In this document: one piece after another, positions 20,029-25,999 of the stretch | How positions within the stretch are numbered: the stretch's first letter is position 1 | Layout of the letters: each line of letters opens with the position of its first letter | NCBI RefSeq assembly: GCF_017876815.1 | Contig: NZ_JAGIOS010000001.1 | Location: 60,001-92,000, forward strand | Reading direction: 5' to 3' | Source: Sinorhizobium meliloti | GTDB taxonomy: Bacteria; Pseudomonadota; Alphaproteobacteria; Rhizobiales; Rhizobiaceae | DNA length: 32,000 nt | The notes under the pieces: model-generated | The model's database searches: none | Seen by the model: only the letters and a program-made list of their open reading frames with translations | Told to the model about the DNA's origin: nothing | Program-made: the position numbers and the translations under genes

Positions 20029-20526
20029 TCAATCATCATGAGTTTCGATATCGGCTCCAATGCGGAAAGAGCGGGTTGGTCGGGTAACCAAAGGGTTTTT
20101 CCAAACCTGCACTCGTCTAATGGCACCGTCAGCTTTTCTCCTGATCGCATAAGCCTTGTTGTGATCGGCGAAATAGTTTTGATGGAGATCCCGCTTGATC
20201 CGCGGAAGTATATTCCCGACGGGAGCGACGATATCGATGAACCAGAGATGGTTCCCCGAAGCCCACTTGCCCGGTGGGGGATTGCATCCTTCGCGGAGCA
20301 GTGCTTCATGGTCGTCGTTGTCAACAAGTGCCCAGGTAACGAATGCGTTCGGTCGCCCTTCTTCGTCGAAGTACACTTTGCACTGACCGGCTTGAAGCGC
20401 AGGTATGATGTTACGACTTATGTCCGCAACGAACCAGTGTTTGTAGTCGCAATCCATCATGAGCGCAGTGACCATTCCGAGCGCTTCAAAAAAATCTAGG
20501 CGAACCTCCTTTGTCTTCTCCGTCAA
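20029..20526 (-). CDS. HlyC/CyaC/RtxC-family toxin-activating acyltransferase (TAAT)
   Basis: 165 aa. It aligns by eye to E. coli HlyC: ...KHWFVADISRNIIPALQAGQ..., ...AFVTWALV..., W.SGNHLWFIDIVAPVG. The proposed catalytic His/Asp equivalents are present (H30, D98). The TTG start overlaps the HlyD-family stop (TTGA). Confidence 0.8.
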   Translation of the reverse strand: MTEKTKEVRLDFFEALGMVTALMMDCDYKHWFVADISRNIIPALQAGQCKVYFDEEGRPNAFVTWALVDNDDHEALLREGCNPPPGKWASGNHLWFIDIVAPVGNILPRIKRDLHQNYFADHNKAYAIRRKADGAIRRVQVWKNPLVTRPTRSFRIGADIETHDD

Positions 20527-21845
20527 CGTTCCCCTAATCCGTCTTGAATTGCCTTGATTATTGGCTCGAAGAAGTAACTAATGAGCCGCCGTTCACCCGT
20601 TATCACATCGATCGTCGCAGTCATGCCGGGCGAGAACCCTATGTCGCGCCCGCCTATCCCAATTGTCTCTTGGTCGAGTACAAGGTGGATTGCGTAGACC
20701 CATTTCCCTGGGACGATGTCGCCGCGCGCATCCGCACCAACTCTAGTCACCCGACCGCGAACAATACCGAAACGTTCGGCCGGAAAGGCGTCAAACTTCA
20801 CAAATGCCTCTTGCCCTTTTTCAAGAAAGCCGATGTCACGGTTGTCGAAGAAAGCTTCAATCTCCATGCCATCGCCGGAAGGTACGATGGACATGAGTGT
20901 TGAACCTGCTTCCACGAAACCGCCGATGGTAAATACCGTGAGGTTCTCGACCTTGCCATCTGCTGGTGCGCGAATCGCGAGCAAGGCCAGTTGGTTCCTA
21001 GCCGCGCTCAGTTCCGCTTCCAGCCCTGCAAGGGACGTGCTCGCCTCGTTCAGTTGTTTCTGATAGTTCTCGACTGCGGTCGAAATGATGCTCTGCCGCT
21101 GTCTAGCCAACGCGTTCGCTTCCGCTGCAAGGATATTCAATTCGCTCTCGGAGATGAGCACCTCCAGTTCGCGTGCTCTTTGCTCACGCAATCGCTCGAA
21201 GTAGTCTACTTCGCTGATGGCTCCCTTGTCCTTCAACTTGCCGGCTGACAAAAATTTCCTGGAGGAAATATCCAGATCAGACCGAGCTTTCTGCAGTCGC
21301 GCCTGCTGGGTTATTCGCGATTGTTCGACACGATCAAGTTGCGCATTGATCCGCGCAACCTGATCTCGAAGAGACGTTAGCACAGCCTCTATAAGTGCCT
21401 CCGCTCCGTCGATAACCTCCAGGTCATGCCGCTCCCTTTCGAAGGCAGCTCTGCCTGCCGCAAGCACATCATCGTTTGCGACTGCAACATTTGTCAGCGC
21501 CGCAATGATTACTCGGGCAACCGTCGCCCCGCGACGTTGGCGACGAACCTCGGTCAGCCTGAGCTTGATCTGGCTCTCAACCGAGACGGTATCCATGCCG
21601 ACTAACAAGTCACCAGCCTTCACCGGCTGCCCCTCTGTGACCAGGATGCGTATGATCCTCCCGTTGGTCTGTGGCTGAACGAGCTGAACCCTGCTGACTG
21701 GAATAACCTTGCCTTGACCTCGGGCCACTATTTCGATCTTGAGCCAATAGCCTCCAACGAAAATCGCGACCAGACCCGAAATCAGAACCCAAGTGGTTAA
21801 GCGCACGGTTGGCGAGACTGGCCTCTCGATGACGGCTTCCTTCAT
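20523..21845 (-). CDS. HlyD-family type I secretion periplasmic adaptor (membrane fusion protein)
   Basis: 440 aa from MKEAVIERP. N-terminal TM, a lipoyl-like GQGKVIP...VQPQTNGRIIRILVTEGQPVKAGDLL segment, a long coiled coil and a C-terminal beta-barrel ending ...ERRLISYFFEPI. The ATG lies 1 nt after the ABC gene stop. Confidence 0.85.
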   Translation of the reverse strand: MKEAVIERPVSPTVRLTTWVLISGLVAIFVGGYWLKIEIVARGQGKVIPVSRVQLVQPQTNGRIIRILVTEGQPVKAGDLLVGMDTVSVESQIKLRLTEVRRQRRGATVARVIIAALTNVAVANDDVLAAGRAAFERERHDLEVIDGAEALIEAVLTSLRDQVARINAQLDRVEQSRITQQARLQKARSDLDISSRKFLSAGKLKDKGAISEVDYFERLREQRARELEVLISESELNILAAEANALARQRQSIISTAVENYQKQLNEASTSLAGLEAELSAARNQLALLAIRAPADGKVENLTVFTIGGFVEAGSTLMSIVPSGDGMEIEAFFDNRDIGFLEKGQEAFVKFDAFPAERFGIVRGRVTRVGADARGDIVPGKWVYAIHLVLDQETIGIGGRDIGFSPGMTATIDVITGERRLISYFFEPIIKAIQDGLGER

Positions 21846-21846
21846 A

Positions 21847-23604
21847 CTAAGTCTGCCTGGAACTATCGCTGGGGCGCTGCAATTGAGCAATGTTGACCAT
21901 GTTCACGTCACTGCCAAACAGCTCGGGATTGTGAGTGACAATAATCACGGTGCTCTTGACGGCGTGCCGCTTAATCGCAGCAATGACGATGTCAGCAGAT
22001 GCGGAATCAAGCGCGCTGGTGGGTTCGTCGAGGATCAGTGCACGGGATGGCGACACAAGGGCCCGTGCAAGTGCAATGCGCTGGCGCTGACCACCAGAAA
22101 GGTAAGCGCCACGTTCGCCAACGTCCGTGAGTATGCCATTTGGCAGCTCCCCAATAAACAAATCGCAACCGCTTTCGACCAAAGCCGAACGGATTTCCTG
22201 ATCCGTTGCGGCGGCGTTGCCCAAGAGAATGTTGTCCTGAACGGAACCCGAAAATAGTTCCGGCTCCTGCGGAAGATACGCAATCGCTTGCCGCACGCTG
22301 CGTTCATCGTAGTCAGTGAGTTTATGTCCGTTCGCCTCAACCACTCCGCAATCCGGCCTGTAAATGCCGCTGATAAGCTTGGCGAGAGTAGACTTGCCAC
22401 AGCCCGATGGGCCGGTAATCACCGTTGGGCGGTCCGGGGATATCTCCAGAGTGAGGTCAAGGATAACAGGTTGCTCGGGTAGATAGCAAAACGATACGGC
22501 CTCCAAGTGGAGACTCAGCCGGCCGGACACGGGGAGCGGCGGCTTGGAAATATCGGTTTCTGCTGCGGCATTCAATAAATCGCCTAACCTCAGCCGAGCG
22601 ATCCGAAGTGCCTGCCATTGTTCCCACACTGCCGACAGGGAGAGGATCGGCCCAGCCACCTTGTCGGCCAGCAGGTGAAATGCAATCAGCTGCCCGAGCG
22701 TGATCTCATTTCGCAAGACGAGATGAGATCCGAAAAAGACGATCGATATAACCGAAACGTTGCCTAAAAGTCCGCCGGTAAAGCCATTGACAATATGGAG
22801 CTTGGTTACTTCAAAACCGGCAAGGAGACTATCTGCCAATGTACGGTTAAGCCGCTCCGATTGTACCGCCTCGCATCCAAGCGCCTTGACGGTGACTACG
22901 TTAGCCAACGTCTCCACGAGACGAGACTGGTGCCTGGAATAGTCCAAAAAAGCCCTCTGCATGCGTCGTCGTGTCAGCGGCCCAATGACACCGAACGCGA
23001 TTACTTGCAGAGGCAGAACGATCAAAACGATAAGCGTCAGCATAGGGCTGATGGTTATCAGAGCAGCGACGTAGATAATCGCGAACAGCAAATCGACCAA
23101 AATGCTGGAAACGGTTCCTGTTAGGAATGCTTTGACCGTGTCGATTTCGGAAATGCGGGTTAGCGTTTCCCCCACCCGCCAACATTGAAGTTGCCTCAAC
23201 GGCAGATGAAGGACATGCCGGAAGATTCGGCCGGCGAGATCCAACGTCAGCCGATTGCCCATGTGGTTTCCGAGATAGGCCGCCAGCGCGTCCAGAATAG
23301 CGGACAAGATCGCGGTAACGCCGAGAACAACTACGATCAGCAGCAGTGTTGCTTCCCGCTGGAACGGCAGGACCCGATCAATGACAGCCTGAAAGACAAA
23401 AGGCTGTACCAAGCCAAGCAACCGCATCACAATCGCTACGATCATGAGTTCGATCATTAATGGTGTGTAGAAAAATGTGGTGCGCGTGAACCACGAAAGA
23501 GGTGCTAATCGGAGATTATCCACCACTTCGTAAGTATCCCCCACCACACTCGAAGATCGTCTCCCGCAATTATCCCTGATACCAGAATCAATTTGACTCC
23601 TCAA
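21847..23604 (-). CDS. Type I secretion ABC exporter (permease/ATPase) without C39 or C39-like N-terminal domain
   Basis: Up to 585 aa. The TMD start LSWFTRTTFFYTPLMIELMIVAIVMRLLGLVQPFVFQAVIDRVL resembles HlyB (…FTWFIP…FFQVVMDKVL). NBD has GPSGCGKST, LSGGQRQR and ILDEPTSALD. There is no in-frame ATG before TM1. The frame opens at TTG 23604; GTG codons 20, 21, 27 and 28 are alternative starts. A stop closes the frame upstream. Confidence 0.8.
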   Translation of the reverse strand: MRSQIDSGIRDNCGRRSSSVVGDTYEVVDNLRLAPLSWFTRTTFFYTPLMIELMIVAIVMRLLGLVQPFVFQAVIDRVLPFQREATLLLIVVVLGVTAILSAILDALAAYLGNHMGNRLTLDLAGRIFRHVLHLPLRQLQCWRVGETLTRISEIDTVKAFLTGTVSSILVDLLFAIIYVAALITISPMLTLIVLIVLPLQVIAFGVIGPLTRRRMQRAFLDYSRHQSRLVETLANVVTVKALGCEAVQSERLNRTLADSLLAGFEVTKLHIVNGFTGGLLGNVSVISIVFFGSHLVLRNEITLGQLIAFHLLADKVAGPILSLSAVWEQWQALRIARLRLGDLLNAAAETDISKPPLPVSGRLSLHLEAVSFCYLPEQPVILDLTLEISPDRPTVITGPSGCGKSTLAKLISGIYRPDCGVVEANGHKLTDYDERSVRQAIAYLPQEPELFSGSVQDNILLGNAAATDQEIRSALVESGCDLFIGELPNGILTDVGERGAYLSGGQRQRIALARALVSPSRALILDEPTSALDSASADIVIAAIKRHAVKSTVIIVTHNPELFGSDVNMVNIAQLQRPSDSSRQT

Positions 23605-23613
23605 CCAAAAAGC

Positions 23614-23625
23614 ACAATATATTGT
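23614..23625. promoter_or_regulatory. Perfect 12-bp palindrome ACAATATATTGT in the divergent control region (candidate operator)
   Basis: Self-complementary 12-mer located 10 nt upstream of the ABC exporter reading frame, inside the AT-rich 23605-23735 spacer. That spacer also contains CTATAAT (23704-23710). Confidence 0.25.
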
Positions 23626-23735
23626 TTAGTGACCATCAGCGTCTTTATGCTGAGATAGGCGACGCTATAGCTCTGCTATCGGGGATCTAGACGAGATTAT
23701 ACCCTATAATTGCCGCCATTATTGTGTTTTTGTCG

Positions 23736-23861
23736 ATGACAATCGTGGATTATATTATAGAAATTGCAGGGTTGTCTCCGCCAAAATGGGTTACCCTTCT
23801 CATCTATGCCATAATCAACTACGTGATTTATTTGGTCGTACTGCATTTTGCTAACGTTTGA
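23736..23861 (+). CDS. 41-aa hydrophobic mini-protein (candidate immunity / membrane peptide)
   Basis: Hand-translated as MTIVDYIIEIAGLSPPKWVTLLIYAIINYVIYLVVLHFANV. One predicted TM helix. It lies immediately upstream of, and co-directional with, the glycine-zipper gene. No obvious SD. Below the ORF-track length cut-off. Confidence 0.35.
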   Translation: MTIVDYIIEIAGLSPPKWVTLLIYAIINYVIYLVVLHFANV

Positions 23862-23912
23862 ATGGATTGCGACCTATCAGAGGTAGAAACGTTACTGGAT
23901 TGGAGAACTGCG

Positions 23913-24191
23913 ATGGGAAGTTCAGGTGGGTCAGGCGGGTCAGGCAACAACAATCCCAGTGCGGGGCGTGTTGGTAGTGCAATAGGGGTAGTTGTTGGAG
24001 GAACGATCGGCTCCGCTTATGGTGGACCGATGGGCAGCCGTGTCGGCGGCGTAATAGGTGGGCTCGCTGGTTACGCCGTAGGGAGCTCCGTTGGCAACGG
24101 AGCGCCAGATTACCGCGGCTATAACCCCATGGGAGACTATGGTGGCGGCGGCTCTCCCGGCCCTGGAGCTGGAGGGTTTGGCGGCCGCTAA
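23913..24191 (+). CDS. Glycine-zipper mini-protein, putative T1SS-exported bacteriocin-like cargo (CdzC/D-like)
   Basis: 92 aa with 35 Gly. Gly occurs at residues 21, 25, 29, 33, 37, 41, 45, 49, 53, 57 and 61, giving ten consecutive GxxxG units. No Sec signal or lipobox. GGAG lies 7 nt upstream of ATG 23913. A terminator follows. The track ORF (from 23862) adds 17 residues without an RBS. Confidence 0.7.
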   Translation: MGSSGGSGGSGNNNPSAGRVGSAIGVVVGGTIGSAYGGPMGSRVGGVIGGLAGYAVGSSVGNGAPDYRGYNPMGDYGGGGSPGPGAGGFGGR

Positions 24192-24212
24192 CCTTCGATA
24201 ATGACAGAACGG

Positions 24213-24245
24213 AAACGCGGCGAGGTTTTTGCTTTGCCGCGTTTT
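24213..24245 (+). terminator. Rho-independent terminator of the glycine-zipper gene
   Basis: 9-bp stem aaacgcggc / gccgcgttt with a 14-nt loop, ending in a tttt run 22 nt after the TAA stop. Confidence 0.6.
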
Positions 24246-24428
24246 AGCGTGTGGTTGGCGGCAATGACTTGGCAGCGACAGTTGGGACGAAATGTTTTGG
24301 GTTCGTTGCGGCTCAACGCCAGCCAAGCCAGCTGGCCTGCTTACCCGAAACAGCCCGCCAATACGTTCCTCGTTCGTGCGGCCCCCAAGGTGGCTCGGAC
24401 GCGCACAGAAACGTACTGGCGACATGCA

Positions 24429-24947
24429 CTACTTCACCACCGCGCAGGCCAGCCGGTCGCCGGCATCGCCGGAGGGCTGGCTGCGATTGTCGTCCGAATG
24501 CACATGGATCACCAGGGCCCGGCCGCGAAGGGCGGTAGCCCTGTCGTCGAGGGACACGAAGCTGTTGAAGACCTGGGCGCGCAAGGTTCCATCGGCACCG
24601 ACATACTGGTTCGGCATGTCGCCGGCATGCGGGCCATTGGAAGCGAGGAAGCCGTGCTCGGCATTCTCATCTTCGCCGGCAAAATGCTTTCCCGCCGACT
24701 CGAACCCGTCCTTGGGATCGCAGCGCCCCATTTCGTGAGCGTGAAAAGCCACCCAGGTATCCTTCGGCAGGCCGCTTATCTCCATCTCGATCAGCACGCC
24801 CTTGCCGCCTGCCGTCAAAGTGGCCCGGCCGATGTCCGTGCCGTCCTTGCCCACGAACTCGGCCGTCGCCGTCTGCGAGGACTGTTGTGCCGAAGCGGCA
24901 CCCGCCATTCCTGCCGCACAGGCGATCGCAATCATCGTTCTCATCAT
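24429..24947 (-). CDS. sodC: Periplasmic Cu,Zn superoxide dismutase
   Basis: 172 aa from MMRTMIAIACAAGMAGAASA (signal peptide), with a GGGAGAA RBS. Metal-ligand regions FHAHEMG, HAGDMPN, VIHVHSDD and the C-terminal GDAGDRLACAVV are present. Confidence 0.9.
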   Translation of the reverse strand: MMRTMIAIACAAGMAGAASAQQSSQTATAEFVGKDGTDIGRATLTAGGKGVLIEMEISGLPKDTWVAFHAHEMGRCDPKDGFESAGKHFAGEDENAEHGFLASNGPHAGDMPNQYVGADGTLRAQVFNSFVSLDDRATALRGRALVIHVHSDDNRSQPSGDAGDRLACAVVK

Positions 24948-25050
24948 CGGAGTTCTCCCTCTCACTCGCGGGTCGATAGGAGACAACGCGCGGCTGCCGG
25001 GGTCGTTCCGCAAAAACGCGGCTGAGTTGCAGACAATCCGGCAAATTGGG

Positions 25051-25950
25051 CTAAATCGACACGTCCAGACCGATGTCGAGCGTCGGTGCGGCCATCGTGA
25101 TCTTCGATGTCGAGATGTAGTCGACGCCCGTTTCGGCGATTGCCCGAATGGTTTCTATCTGCACGTTTCCCGACGCCTCCAGCCTGGTGCGGCGCAGGTC
25201 GCCGGGATAGGAAGCGACGGACAGTCCCCAATGTGCCGCGTTGATCGCGACGGCCTCACTGAGCAGTTCCGGCCCCATATTGTCGAGCAGGACCACGTCC
25301 GGAGAGGCGGTCAGCGCCTCGCGCAACTGTGCGAGGCCGTCGACTTCAACCTCGACCTTGACGAGATGGCCGCAATAGGCCCGCGCGGCCCGGACGGCGC
25401 CGGCAACACCGCCGGAAACGGCGATGTGGTTATCCTTGATCAGCACCGCGTCATCGAGGCCGTAACGATGATTGGAGCCGCCGCCGAGGCGAACGGCGTA
25501 TTTTTCGAGAGCGCGAAGGCCGGGGATCGTCTTGCGCGTGCAGCAGACCTTGGCGCCCGTATGGGCGATCTCATCGGCGAACGTCGCCGTGTAGGTCGCA
25601 ATCCCCGAGAGATGCATGAGAAAGTTGAGCGCCACCCGCTCGGCCGAAAGAAGCCCTCGGGCGCGGCCGGAAATTCGCGCGACCGTCGTACCCGGCGCCA
25701 CCCGGTCGCCGTCCGCAGCGAGCGCTTCGAAGCGGATCGACGGATCGATGAGGCGGAAGGCGGTTCGCGCCAGTTCCAGCCCGGCAACCACGCCCGCTTC
25801 GCGCACGCTCATATTCGCGGCGGCCGTCCGGTCCGGCCCGATCGTCGAGAGGGTGGTGATGTCACCGGCCCGGCCGAGATCTTCCAGAAGGGCCGCTTTC
25901 ACCTGCTCCTCGACCATGAGAGCGGGTAGTTCCGGGCGAAGGGCGGTCAT
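25051..25950 (-). CDS. nadC: Nicotinate-nucleotide diphosphorylase (carboxylating) / quinolinate phosphoribosyltransferase
   Basis: 299 aa with the typical SAERVALNFL...TRKTIPGLR...GGGSNHRYGLDDAVLIKDNH segments. Last gene of the nadA-nadB-nadC order. Confidence 0.9.
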   Translation of the reverse strand: MTALRPELPALMVEEQVKAALLEDLGRAGDITTLSTIGPDRTAAANMSVREAGVVAGLELARTAFRLIDPSIRFEALAADGDRVAPGTTVARISGRARGLLSAERVALNFLMHLSGIATYTATFADEIAHTGAKVCCTRKTIPGLRALEKYAVRLGGGSNHRYGLDDAVLIKDNHIAVSGGVAGAVRAARAYCGHLVKVEVEVDGLAQLREALTASPDVVLLDNMGPELLSEAVAINAAHWGLSVASYPGDLRRTRLEASGNVQIETIRAIAETGVDYISTSKITMAAPTLDIGLDVSI

Positions 25951-25999
25951 TATGTCGTTCCTGCGATTGGAGTAGCTTCTAATTTTGCGTTTGCCGCCG

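Larger units (their letters stand above)
19930..24300. other. Low-GC genomic islet: T1SS + HlyC-type acyltransferase + glycine-zipper mini-protein module
   Basis: Abrupt compositional drop. Spot counts of 60-nt lines give about 35-58% G+C inside versus about 65% in the flanks. A/T-ending codons are common. Borders are approximate. No integrase, transposase or tRNA is present. Confidence 0.65.

Noticed and set aside
23645-23653. ttatgctga in the islet control region, resembling one half-site of the nadA palindrome (ttatgctca)
   Set aside because: It is a single half-site with one mismatch and no inverted partner at the right spacing. It is most likely coincidental in AT-rich DNA.
23848-23859. 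12-mer ttgctaacgttt shared between the islet (23848-23859) and the LysM/LOG intergenic region (5631-5642)
   Set aside because: Exact 12-mer matches are expected many times by chance in a 32 kb window when both strands are considered. No extended similarity surrounds them.
23862-23912. 17-residue N-terminal extension (MDCDLSEVETLLDWRTA) of the glycine-rich ORF as a possible double-glycine leader peptide
   Set aside because: ATG 23862 has no RBS, whereas ATG 23913 has GGAG at ideal spacing. The spacing of hydrophobic residues relative to the first GG does not fit the double-glycine leader consensus. The exporter has no C39 peptidase domain to process such a leader. Translational coupling to the 41-aa ORF cannot be fully excluded.
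24201-25025. 274-aa plus-strand ORF and 161-aa minus-strand ORF (23940-24425) considered as possible immunity or accessory genes of the islet
   Set aside because: The first runs through the terminator hairpin and then antisense through sodC. The second is antisense to the glycine-zipper gene. Neither is hydrophobic or has an RBS.
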